A DNA stretch of 64,000 bases from NCBI RefSeq assembly GCF_004010195.1, contig NC_057755.1, positions 10,263,989-10,327,988 of the forward strand. The letters are read 5' to 3'. The notes below the pieces were generated by a model, which did no database searches, was not told the DNA's origin, and saw only the letters and a list, made by a program, of their open reading frames with translations. Shown piece by piece: positions 13,278-25,849 of this stretch. Numbering within the stretch: the stretch's first letter is position 1; each line of letters opens with the position of its first letter. The DNA is from Chiloscyllium plagiosum. Its lineage: Eukaryota. Made by a program: the position numbers and the translations under genes.

Positions 13278-14351
13278 CACCATAATGCGTTAACGGTTTT
13301 GAAAAAAAAACAAATTCAGACTGTTTACAAACGTGTAAGAGTATACAAGCAGAAATGTAAAGGTCTTTAAAAATTGAGCGATATTTGTATATTAGTATTT
13401 CATATTCTTTTCAGAAGTGTGACGATGTGAGAGGTGTATTTTGTACTTTGCATTATTAGAAGTGAGAGTTTGGGAGAGGGGACTAATTGTCTATTACAAT
13501 CCAGCAGACTTAACATCTTTAGAGGGCTTCGGGTGTTATTAAAATTTAGAGGTTTTCGGAATACGGGGTGTCAAGATTCCCCCAGATAAAGGATGTTTCG
13601 GTTTAGTTTCTCAGCAGCAGTTCCTGCTGGGTACTTGAAGCTGTTTTTTTAAGCTCCAAGATATCTCTTCCTGCTACTGTCTCTCCTCCTCTCTGTCACA
13701 CACAGAGAGATTTCTCCTGATGCTTTTCTTGGAGAATTGCTGGTGGGAAAATATTTACTTCTTAACTAGCCTATTATTCTGTTTAATTTCCCAATTTAGT
13801 TACTTTATTCCAATTCTTGCTTTTGTACTATTGATTTGACCAATCAATTTACATCTGGAACGCAAAGACGAGCACTTACCTTTATAATAAGAAAAAAAGG
13901 TGTCGGTTCTTGTCTTAATAAATTTGAAGGGGATCTGGACTGGACCATAACATTGGATAACATGCAAAGCAATATGTTTTACTTTATCTATACTCATGCA
14001 AAAATGATAAATCAAATTAGATCAAAGCCGCTTCTGTATCTAATAGCCATACCATTAGACACTATGCAAAGGGTGGAACTGCCTCTTGTAATAAGTTGTA
14101 TAAATGAATTATCCTCTTCGTCGTTATTACAGCCATAGTTTTTCACCTGAACGTTTTACTACATTGCACAGTGCTTTGGATCACGAAGACCTCGAGAATA
14201 TTGACTCGGATTATCAGGAAACTCTACCTAGACTCCGTGGCAATACACTCTCATGAAATCGTCTGGGATTCATCGGAGTTTAACGGATGAACAGTCATCT
14301 CGCACTGTGTCATTATAACAGTTTGATTGAATACTTGAAGCTGGAGAGTAG

Positions 14352-14439
14352 CTCAAGTTCAGTAAGATATTTCTTGGGTTGGAAACGTATTTGACAGAGA
14401 CTGTATTCTATCCTGTTCTGGCAGCAGTTGGAGTACCTG
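14352..14439 (+). pseudogene. Orphan GPR139-like first coding exon (N-terminus/TM1 start)
   Basis: Frame LKFSKIFLGLETYLTETVFYPVLAAVGVP followed by G|GTAAG at 14440: same motif and phase-1 donor as the exon at 2199-2268. No in-frame ATG after the stop at 14349 and no plus-strand exon 2 found. Confidence 0.7.
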
Positions 14440-15289
14440 GTAAGAAAACTCTAGATTTTTTTGCTTATGAAATAGAACATTCCAACTCTGAATTTCACCT
14501 TCGCTTTCGGGACTGGTAACTACCATGAATTCAGTGATTTTATTTTTACTTTGCATAGTGTTCACTTTCAATTTTTGTTATCTTCAATGCACTTTTATTG
14601 TAGGCCTTCAATTCGTTCCAGCATCTTTTTAAATGAACGGTTTGCTTTGCTGCCCTTATCTCGTCATCCACTGGGCTGTTGTCTCCAGTCCCTCTCTTTC
14701 GCTGTCTTCCTTTAACTCTTCCTCTCTTTCACCCTCCCCCTTTCCTCCTGGTGCTGTGCACGGTGTTGTCTTTCCTCATATGCCTCTGGTCATCAATGCT
14801 GTTACGTCTATGATGTTTTGTTTGCACCAAAATTTTCAGCTACACCCTCTGTCCTCGGCATCCTTCGCCCCCACATCCCACTCCGCCGCCTGCTTTTTAT
14901 CCTTTGTAATTCCTACTTACTCTTCGTTTTACTCTTCGTTTTATTGCTGGTGATGTATTCTCCTCAAAATAACTTTCACCCGCAGTGATACATTCTCGCC
15001 AATTTGTGTGATCTTTGATATACACATCATTTTACCTCAATTCTTATTGATTTACATTTAAATAAATGTCACATTTTCCTTCAGAGCAACCTTTATACTT
15101 GGTGTTATATCCACTGCTTTGATTTTTGTGTTCAACTTTCTTCTGCTTCATTTTTCTTTGCTTTTATCCTCAGTCGTAATGCCTTTCCTCGGAGTAACAT
15201 CCTGCTCCTTTGGATCATACCTGGGTCTTTCCCATGTACGTTATTGCATGTGTTTCTTTCACACCGTTTCCAAAATGTTGTCTGGGCTA

Positions 15290-15690
15290 TTTCAGTCACG
15301 AAGAGAGTTTGGACAGACTGGGATTGTTTACCTTGGAGCGGAGGAGACTGAGAGGTAACATGAGTGAAATGTAAAAATTGTGAGACATGGGAAGACAGGA
15401 GGTAAAACCGCCTTTTGTTGGAGGGTCCAATGACCAGGGGCATGGATTGAAGGTAAGGGTCAGAAGGTCGGGAGTAATATAGAAGAGACCTCTCTTTCAG
15501 CCAAGGATAGTGGGAATGTGGAACTCATGTAAGGGTGAGAGAGTCAGAAACCCTCATTCAATTGAATGCGAGTGTGTTACAATTCTATGGGCCAACTACT
15601 GGGAAATAAGTTTGAATAATTATGCAGTTGTCTTTGATTGGAGCAGACTTGATAGCCGAAACATCATTTTTGTAACTCTATGACGGGCCT
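15290..15690 (+). mobile_element. CR1 LINE 3' fragment
   Basis: 'tttggacagactgggattgtttaccttggagcggaggagactgagagg...accagggggcatgga' is a CR1 ORF2 end plus tail. Confidence 0.7.
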
Positions 15691-17299
15691 ATGATGTATT
15701 TAGCTGTCAGTATCGTCTTCCCACATAGTCACTTAATCGGTTGTGTTATTTTCTCTCTCATTATTTTGAATTTTCGTTTAAATGCTCAGCGTTCCTATAA
15801 TTCCTACTCCCATATAAGGACATTCAGTCCCTTTAACCCGATCCTCTATCCAATGTAATCACAGTTGCTCATTAATCATTGCCTTTCCCTGTCTTTCCTG
15901 TTTTCAATGAGAAGCGACAGAGACAGACTTTGTGTAAAAATAATCTAGCTAAGAATCGGATGGTGAAAATGAGAGTAGGTCAATCGAGGTGTTCATAAAC
16001 AACTTAATTCAAACGAATAATCTGACTACCCCCTTCTAAAATGCAGAGCCCTATGGAACACTGAGGAACTGAAGGAAAACATAATGTGAGGAGAAAAAAA
16101 TTCAAGCATGCGCCAAAATGAGAGCAAGGGAAGAGTTTCATGAGGTTTGTCAACTTCTACACCAAGAAGGTTTTGAAAGATGGATCATGACAATGTGGTC
16201 AATGAATCTGAAGGAAAAGGGACTGATACTGTATTACTGTTGTGTCACTGAACCTGAAGGAGGTCAGTTGGAGAGAGAAGTGGTCTTTCTGCCAGATATC
16301 GCACAAAATGGAAGACCTAATCAGGTAAAAGGCCTCACAAAGTAAGGTCGTAATCAAAGCAACAGCAACAAACCAATTCCTTACATTATTGTGTGACAGG
16401 TCCACATACATTACCTGATAGTCATTTTGTGGTCTTAAACAATATAGCAGAGAATAGTGCCGCTGTGTAAATTTACTTTCCAAGATAATTGTAATCAGAA
16501 ATCTTTCGTCCCGCTGCTGCTTAGTGACACAAGCTCTTTATCTCTGAGCTGGAAGAACTGTTTTTGAGTACCGCCAGCTTCAGCAGTGTGTCATTACACC
16601 CCTGAACGATAACATTGAAAATACCAGGGAAAGCAATTCAGATTTCCTGTGATTTACGGAAAGGAGACAGAGGTAAACGCCAGGATTTACATGCAAGTTA
16701 TTATCAGATACCATGTCAGAACATGACTGGAGACAATGCATAAGAAATAAACTCACTGGTAGCTTCAAATGTTTCCATTAACAGGGAAAGTCAAAGGGGC
16801 ATTTAAGATGACTCCGTAGAAAAGACAGACCTGTTGAATAATTACTTTGCCTCTGTATCTGCAGTGTGAAATATTAGTTTGCTCGCTCCTTTAACAATTC
16901 AGAAAGATAAAGATAGGCCAAATTAATCAGCACTAAGACGAAGTAATAAATGCAGTTACAATTACAACTTTTAAAGATATTTGGGCAAATACATAAATAG
17001 GAAGGTTTCCGTGGGATGCGGGCCAAATGCAGGCGAATGGGAATAGTTTAATTTGCGAATCGAGTTGACCATAAGAGTTCATTTCTGTTATATGACTCTA
17101 TGACTTGGCTGTTAACAACGGTCAGGTCTGCGTAACATGTTATGTCTCCCTCTCTAAAGGGATGTACGAATGCGTCAAAGAGTTTACTTCATTTGAGACA
17201 TTCAATATAAATTTTAGTAAGTATAAATATAAATCTTACGTAAATAAATATAATATTCTGCAAATCGTTTTTTAGAATAGAATCAGTATGAACATTGTG

Positions 17300-17690
17300 G
17301 CACAGACAGCCTCACACAGGGCACCTCATCTCTTAGAGATGCATTATCTGGGCCAATGTGACACCTCTTGTTAAAGCTCATTTGAGAATGTAACTTTAAG
17401 CAAGTTCTGGCAGTTACGTATGAAAAAATTGAAAGCAACATGCCCCTTCTAATAGATGAGATACTTTACGAACAATCCCGGTCTTTTACAACCTATAATT
17501 TCAGTTGCATCACATTGTAAATTTTTACTATAAGTTCTGTGTCCTCCGATCTTATACTCCACAACTACCTGATGAAGGAGCAGCACTCGGAAAGCTGGTG
17601 CTTCCAAGAAAACGTTTTGGACTATAAACTGGCGTTGTGTGATTGTTAACTTTGTACACCCCAGTCCAACATCGGCACCTCCAAATCATT
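17300..17690 (+). mobile_element. PLE terminal repeat (family of 56637-57780)
   Basis: 'cctgatgaaggagcagcactcggaaagc...tttgtacaccccagtccaacatcggcacctccaaatca' is homologous to 57420-57780. Confidence 0.75.
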
Positions 17691-20600
17691 GATTTTGAAT
17701 GAATATACATAATTGCAGGGGCATAAATTCCCTGCAATTCAATTCATTTGATTTAATGCTTCACTTGCAAACCAGAGAATGGATACAGATACAATAAAGA
17801 TCAGAATAAACATCAATTTCACATGTCTATACAACATAAGCACTTTTTCAAAATTTCGTACTTCACAAAGATAATACACAGCCCTTTGAGGAAAAGAAAA
17901 AAAGATGAGTGTAGCAGCCAAAATGCAGATCCTGATGCTCCCTGACATGGTTGAGTGCTTGAATATAGGAACAGAATTACGCGACTGAGTCCGTTGAGAA
18001 TATGATTCGCGCAGAAGTTGTAATTTTGTGATTTCTGCATTTCTTCACATTGAAAGTTTTTTGCAATCACATTAGTTAACAGCTTTTGAAGATGGAACTG
18101 AAACAGCTTTCAGTAATTCAAATACGGGAAAAACATCTTGTAAAAGTTAAGTGGCAAAATCTAATTTCTGCACATTATCTCGATAAAAGACAAAAAATTG
18201 ACTCCTTTAGAGCATTGTCTGAAATAAAAATGGCAGTCAACACATTACTGTTTGCAAAAATATATGCTGTTAGAGTGCTGTAATTGTCAGGCAACTTAAG
18301 AATAATTGTTGAATTTATTACTAACAAATATTTTAGAAACCACTGAAACGAGAAATATTCAAGTTATTGTCAACTAAATCTGGAATGACTAATTTTAGAT
18401 AAAGGTAAGCAATGCGTGCAGAGACATATATCGTTTGCAATGCAAATCAACTGAATTCATTCCTCACTTTCTAAACAGAGCGCGAGAGTAGGAATAAAGA
18501 AGATTGTCGTAAGGGAAATCAGTTTTAAATTATGCTGCCTGTGCAAAAACAATATAGATTCTGATGATTGGGAAAATATACAAAGACCAGTAAAAGATCA
18601 CGAACTGCTTATAATCGCTTTTCAAAGGGATTGTGGAATGAAACTTGCCAGGAATATCAACATGAAAATTATTAGGTCAAGACAAGTCATGGTTCATTAA
18701 AGACTGAAAGTGTGGCATTGTCCATGACTAAAGGGAAAAAGCCAGACCTGTTGAAATTGCGTTACCTCAGTACTGGCAGTTAGAAAAGTCATTTTATGAA
18801 TTATTAATTATTTCCTTTCCTTATTTTATCATTCACAAAGCAGAGATAGGTCAAACTAATCATAAAAAGAGGAAGGTTTGGATGCAGGTCCAAATGAAAC
18901 ATTGAAAAGGCACCTGGGCAGGTACATGAATTGGAAACTTTCAGAGGGAAAGGGGCCAAATGCAGGGGACTGGGACTGTTATAACTTCTGAAACGAGACT
19001 GACTAAAAGGCCTGGTTTTGTGTTGTATAACTATGACTGACTGTTAATCAAAGATCAGTTCTGCATAACATTTTATTTCTCCCTGTCTAATGCGACAAAT
19101 CGAACCGTTAATGAGATTATTTCATTTCAAACATTCAATACAAATCTGAGTAAAGCTTTGTTATGATCTGAACCAGCGTCAAGTCATGAACTATAAATTC
19201 CAGGGGATAAAAGGTAAAGTGACAAGATAGATAAAAAAAATTACTTCAGCGACATGCAGGAAAGTAATGAAATTTTATTTCACTAAAGTATTAATTAACT
19301 TTGGGTTCCATGGCAATCAGTTTTCATTCCCATTTCTTAAATGTTTATCGTTATGGTGTTGAAACCGCTGAATGGAATTCATAAAATTGGAAACAACACA
19401 GGAATGTCACGTTTGTTGATGCTGAATGAGACATTTTTTTTGTCTGCAGATCTTGGTTAGCCAGTTTACTGGAACAGAGTCAAATATAACAAGTGCTGAT
19501 TGGCATGAGATAATACATTGAAGGACGTTTTGAAGGGTGTTGACATCATAAATAAATGCCTGAAAGTTTTACAGGCTCCCAGCATTCTCCGTATAAATGT
19601 AAATTCACCATACTCCTGTTCTTTCACTTGAGGCATTGACTGTTGTTAGTTCACTACACCTCAGGCAAGCGGAGAGATTGAGAAATAGAGTACAACAATG
19701 GAAACCGAAACTGGTGGAAATATTGTGTGATTGCATCTCTAACAGTTTACCAATCTACCTGAGCAACTGCTTATATTAGACATTGATTTAATAGATAGGT
19801 CAGGTGGTCACAAAGTCAGTGATATTACCATGAATTTAAAAAAAAAACAGAAATTGCTGGAAAATCTCAGACTGTCTGACAGCATCTGTGGAAGGACATC
19901 AGAGTTAACACTGTGGGTTAACTGACCCTTTTCAGGACAGAACGAACGCATGACTTTGACAGCTGAAGCAAAGAACAAAAGGAATGCAGGATTATTTTAG
20001 AATTCTGAAAAAAGTCAGACGCACTGTTGTGTTCAGTTTAATGCAGAGTTGAAGGATGTGAATGTATGACAGAGTGTGAATAAATGCATATTTTAAAGGC
20101 AGCAGAATATTATGCATGCAAACAGGTCGGACAGTGTTTATTGAGTTAGATGTTCACATTTTTGAACTGGACGATGAAATTTTAACTAAATACAACGCGT
20201 GCAAAGCAATTAAAGCATCAGATTTCGTGGAAAAAGTAAGAAAAGAATCATCTCTGAGTGATTCTAACACATACATAGAAACTATTCTGAAGGATAATTG
20301 AACAAATATAATTCACCGATACGTTCTCAACTTTCAGAAAAGTTAAACACTTTCATTGAATATGAAGCTTTCTTGAAAACAAAAAGAACTGTCAGCACAG
20401 GATGTGGTTCACGACGACACCGTGATCAGTGTGCTCGATTTGTGTGGCAAAAGGAGGGAGTAATAACTCTGCATATTGTTCACAAATGTTTCAGTAAAGA
20501 TTTGAAACCTGAAATTTGTTACAAATTGATGAAATCTATTAACATGCGTTTGTTTATTTCCAATAAGTATTTATGTCATTGCAGAGACATAAAACAGCTG

Positions 20601-20904
20601 CAATTCACTTCATTTAAATTCACTTGCAATCTAGAAGATAAATTCAGGAAAATAAAGTTCTAAATGCCAATCAATTTCACATATTTATACTACGTAAGAA
20701 CTTTCTTTAAAGTTTCAAAATTCACAAATAGAATTCATGCTTCTGTGAGGATAAAACGAAATGCGAGTATGGAAGCCACAATGCAGACTGATGCTCCCTG
20801 ACTCAGTTGAATGTTAGAATTTATGAGCGGGGACACACTGTTGAGTTGAATGCAAATGTGATTGGCTTTGAAGCTATAATTTTATGATTTGTGCAATTCT
20901 ACAA

Positions 20905-22047
20905 CAAGGCATTTGATAACGATTACCATGGTAGTCTCAGGAAGTAGGAAATACAGGGAGATTTGACTCTCTGGATTCAGAATTGGTTAGCTGACAGAAG
21001 GCAGAGAGTGGTTGTAGATGGAATGTATTCTGCCTGGAGGACAGTGTTGAATGGGGTTCTGCAGGACTGTGTTCTTGGGGCTCTGCTCTTTGTACTTTTA
21101 CTAATGACTTGATTGATGAAGTTGAGGGGTAGTTAAACAAATTTGTCGATGACACAAAGGTTGGAGGTGCCGTTGATAATGTCGAGGGTTATTGCTGGCT
21201 GCAGTGCAACATAGACAGGATGCAGAGCTGGGCTGAAAATTGGCAGATAGAGTTCAACCTGGATAAATGCGAAGTGTTGCACTTTGGAGGGTCGAACTTG
21301 AATGCTGAATATAGGATTAAAGACAGGATTCTTGGCAGTGTGGAGGAACAGTGGCATGTTGGTGTTCATGTACATAGCTTCCTCAAAGTTGCCACCCAAG
21401 TGGATAGGATTGTTAAGAAAGCATGCGGTGTCTGGGCCTGAATTAACAGGGGTATTGAGATTAAGAGCCGTGAGGTCTGGCTGCAGCTCTACAAAACTCT
21501 GATGAGACCACACTTGGAATGTTGTGTCCAGTTCTGGTTGCCCTATTTATACAAAAGATACGGAGGCTTTAGAGAGGGTGCAAAGGATGTTTACCGGATG
21601 CCTCCTGGACTGGATGGCTTTTCTTAAGAGCTGAGGTTGACTGAGATCGGACTTTCCTCTCTGTCGAGAAGTAGGAAGAGAGGTAACCTGATCGAGGTGT
21701 ATAAGGTAATAACAGGCATGAATAGAGTCGATAGTCAGAAACTTTGCACCTGGCCAGAATTGACCTCTACTTGGACTTTTTGTTTTAAGGCTTTAGCAAG
21801 AAGGTATAGAGGAATCGTCAGACATAGGTTCTTTACGCAGAGAGTTGTGAGAACAAAGAATATTTTGCCAGTGGTAGTGGTGGAAGCAGCTTCATTAGAC
21901 ATTTAAGCGACTGATGGACGTACACATGGTATCAGTGAATTGAGGGGAGAGTAGGTTACGTTATCTATTTTTGATTAGGATTAATCTTCGGCACAACATC
22001 GTGGGCCGAAGGGCCTGTCTTGTGCTGTACGTCTCTATGTTCTATGA
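20905..22047 (+). mobile_element. 5'-truncated CR1 LINE (also at ~60100-61240)
   Basis: KFVDDTKVGG, MQSWAENWQIEFNLDKCEVLHFG, and the tail 'gggccgaagggcctgtcttgtgctgtac'. Confidence 0.9.
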
Positions 22048-24316
22048 ATGCAAATTTACAAACATATATGCTTATCATACCCAAACTATGAACTCAAACA
22101 CAATCGAGGTAATGGAATATTGGCAAAAATAAAATGTGCAAGGAAACTGACAGCGTATATATTACTAAACTATTGGGGGATAAAATCAACTCCAATTAGA
22201 GTACTAATAATTATGGCAGTGAACACATTATTTTCTGCAAATATATAGTGTAATTAGTGTGCTGGAAAAGGAAGGTAAAATAAAAATATTTGCTGAAGTC
22301 GTTACTTACAAATAGTCCAGAAACCATTGAAACTAAAAAACATGCATGGAAATGTTTACTAAATCGATTGTGGTGTATTGATTAATTTTGGATAATTGAA
22401 AGCAATGACTGCAGGGACATATATAGCTTCGAGGTCTATTTCCATTAGTTTATTCTTCACTTTCAAAACAAAGAATGAATTCAAGAAAAGTAAAGATCAG
22501 AATGCAATGAATTACACATGTTTGTACTGCAAAAGCACTTTTTCAAAATTACCTATTTCACAAAAAGAAGTCGCAGTCCTGTGAGATCAGGAATAAATAT
22601 AAATATGGTCAACAAATTTATTTCTGATCGTCTCTGACTCATTTTCGTGTAAGAACCTAAGTACAGAAGACTGCCGCTGATCCTATTGAGAAAATTATTT
22701 TGTTTTGACGATGTAATTTCGTGATTTGTGCAATCCTCTAGGCAGAAAGCAATTTCATAAACATATTATAACAGCTTCAGAAAGAAGAACTCAAACAACT
22801 TTGACTAATTTGAATAGACACGTAAAAAGTATTGTGCAAGGTAAGTGTCAAAACATAAATTGCTAAACATCTTCTCCACATTTTACAACGAAAATAACCC
22901 CCAATTAGAGTTTTCATTTAAACAACCGTGACAGTCAGCACGTTGCAATCTACAAAAAGATAGTGTGATTAGTGTGCTAGAATAAAAAGGGAAGATAAAA
23001 ATAATTGCTGAATTTATTGCCTACAAATATTTCTGAAAACACGGAAGCGAGAAACTTGGGAAAACAACGTTATCTAAAACTATTGAGGTAGGAGGACTAA
23101 TTTTGAATAAGTGTGAGCATTGTCTGTGGGGATATGCATTATTTTTCATTCAAGTACTTTTGAGATTATTTTTCACTTTCGCAGCAGACAAAAGGAGCAG
23201 GAAGTAAAATGTCGCCTGGGAAATCAATTTGAAGCATTGAGGCTACATATGCAAAAATTGCATAGATTCTTATGATTTCACGAAAATATAAAGACCAGCA
23301 AATGTTCATGAAATAGATTGGTAAAGCTATGAAAAGAGATGATTAAAGGACACTTGCCAGGGACGTCAAAATGACAGGAAATTTTCTATTTTTGTAACGC
23401 AAGATCATTTATGATGAGTCCGGGTAAAAGGCAGACCTGTTGACGTTCCCACAGTTCAATATTTATAGTCAAAAAGTAATTTTGTAAAATATTAATTAGC
23501 TTTCTCCCTGCTTTTATCATTCAGGATGATAAAAGTAGATCAAACTAATCAGCACCAACAGGAAGTTGTCAATTCAGGGACAATTACAAAATTTAAAAGA
23601 CAGTTGAACAGGTGCATGAATAGAAAAGATTCAGATGGATATTGGCAAATACAAGTGAAAGGAATTGGTTTAATTTGTGAAACAAGTTGGACTAAAGGGT
23701 CTGTTTATGTGATGTTCGACTATATGACTCTGTTAATCGAAGATCAGGTCTGTGTAACATTTTTTTTTTATCTATCTCTAATGCCAGATAATGAAAGTGT
23801 CATTTTTAAACTTAATTTTATGCATGCAATATAGTTGTAGTGAAGCTTATTTATGGTCTGTTCCAGCATTAGGAAGTGAAATGTAAATCCAAATACTAGA
23901 AGGCATATTGACAGGAAAGACCAAACAAGGACAGGAAGGAGAAGATAAAGAGCAATGAATGATTATTACATTAAACTGTGACATACCTTTGGTTTCCAAC
24001 GCAATTATTTTTATGCACATTATTTTAAAGTTATCTATATGGTGTTGAAATTTAAAGATGGATTTCAGAAAATCGAAAACAGTGCAAACAGGACATGAAC
24101 TGATCATGAATGAGAATGTTTTTGTCTGTAAGACTTGCTTGAGCCAATTTAGTGGCACGGTACCAAATAAAACAAAGCCTGAATGGTTTTAGATAATGCA
24201 TTGAGGGACGTTTTCAAGGGTAAAGGAGTTATCAATGCATGACTGGACTTTAAACGTTTTACATAAATGGAGCAATCTCGGTGTAAAGATAAGGTCACCA
24301 AAGTCCTCTCAAGTGA

Positions 24317-24624
24317 GGGACGGCACGGTGGTTCAATGGTTAGCACTGTTGCTTCACATTCCAGCCTTGGGCGACTGTCTGCGTGGAATTTTCACATACT
24401 CTCTATGTCTGCCTAAGTTTACTCCGGGTATTCTGCTTTCCTCCCACCATACAAAGATGTGAAGGTTAGCTGAATTAGTCATGCTAAATTGCTCATAATG
24501 TTCAGGGATGTGTACATTAGTTGAGGATAAATATTGTTGATAATTCTGAATGGGTTATTCTTTAGCGCATCGATGTGGCCTTGTTTGGTGGAATTGCCTG
24601 TTTCCACACTGCAGGGATTCTATT
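24317..24624 (+). mobile_element. HE1-like SINE (duplicated at ~63636-63953)
   Basis: 'cggcacggtggttcaatggttagcactg...caaagatgtgaaggttag...cctgtttccacactgcagggattcta'. Confidence 0.8.
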
Positions 24625-24894
24625 GTATTTTATTCAGAGCATTGACTGGTGTTGATTTGACCAGAGGATCGCTACACTTCAGGCAAGGGGAAAGGGTAAG
24701 AAAGAGAGCCCTGCAATGCTAACGTGAGCTGGTGTGATAATATAATGGTGACATCACTAACTGTTTAGCAATCCATCTTACCTAACTGATTTGATTCATA
24801 GGTTAAGAGGTCACAAAATCAGGGAGAATATATCATCAACAGAAACAGAAAGTGCTTGAAAATCTCAGCCTTTCTGGCACCATCTCAAAGAATC

Positions 24895-25425
24895 ATAGTC
24901 ATAGTAATGTACAGCACAGAAACAAGCCCTTCTGTCCAATCCTTCCATGCAAACCAGATATCCCAACCCAATCTAGTCCCACCTGTCAGCGCCTGGCCAA
25001 TATGACTTCAAACCATTCCTATTCATATACACATCCAAATTCCTCCTAAACGTTCAATTATACCAGCCTCCACCACTTCCTCTGGTATGTCATTCCATAC
25101 ACGTACCACCCCCTGTGTGAAAACGTTGCCCCTTATGTCTCTTTCATATCTTCCCCCACTCACCCTAAACCTATGCATTCTAGTTCTGGACTCTCCAACC
25201 CCAGGGAAAAGACTTTGCCTCCTTACCCTATCCATGCCGCTCATAATTTTGTAAACCTGTATACGTTCACCCCTCAGCCTCCACGTTCCATGGAAAACAG
25301 CCCCTGACTGTTCAGCCTCTCCCTAAAGCTCAAATCCTCAAACCCTAGCAACATTCTTGTAAATTTGTTCTGAACCCTTTCAGGTTTCGCAAAATCTTTC
25401 TGATAGGAAGGAGAGCAGAACTTCC
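24895..25425 (-). mobile_element. CR1 LINE 3' end
   Basis: ORF MSGMDRVRRQSLFPGVGESRTRMHRF...FTQGVVRVWN; homologous to 46630-47150. Confidence 0.9.
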
Positions 25426-25849
25426 TGAATAAGTAATTCCAGTGCTTTTCAACAAATAGATGTTGGACTAATCAACCTATAGTTACCCACCTTTAGTCTC
25501 CCTCCCTTTTGAATAGAGATGTCATATCAACAGTTAACCAGTAGACTGTTACTTCTGAAGAATTGAAGGAATAGAATCAAAACATTCATTATCCCCATTG
25601 TTCTCTAATTGTGGATCCAAAATGTCATTGCCAGGTTTTATATTCCTTACTGATATGTCCTTATCATTTAATTTTTTTCTCATTTACCTTTTTTTATGTC
25701 CTCCTTTGATGGAATCTAAATTTATTTCAGCTTTCAGGGCTAACACTAAGTCTTGCCTCCTAACATTTTTGTTTTGTTTAAATTTAATATATTCCTTAAT
25801 TTAAAAAAGATAAGATCTTTCCTTCCCTGGTCAAGTCCCTGCTCACATT

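Larger units (their letters stand above)
5595..13952 (+). mobile_element. Decayed Gypsy LTR retrotransposon with nested insertions
   Basis: LTR-like segment at 5595-~6160 (starts TGTGAC) resembles 13418-13952 (TGTGAC...CATAACA). Gag-like segments (KLLALANKL, SCAN-like region, RFSHCQDVGNINHHIC knuckle) are homologous to 41100-42700. Internal sequence stops near 8370 and resumes near 11600 around a CR1. Confidence 0.7.
18606..24671 (+). repeat. Segmental duplication block 2, copy A (paralog at ~57779-64000)
   Basis: Colinear match including unique sequence, the CR1 fragment and the SINE; about 10 differences in 100 nt counted at 20116 vs 59312. Confidence 0.95.

Noticed and set aside
20116..20301. 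61-aa ORF present in both duplicate copies (also 59312-59497)
   Set aside because: Persistence is expected at ~90% identity; many changes are non-synonymous and there is no recognisable domain.
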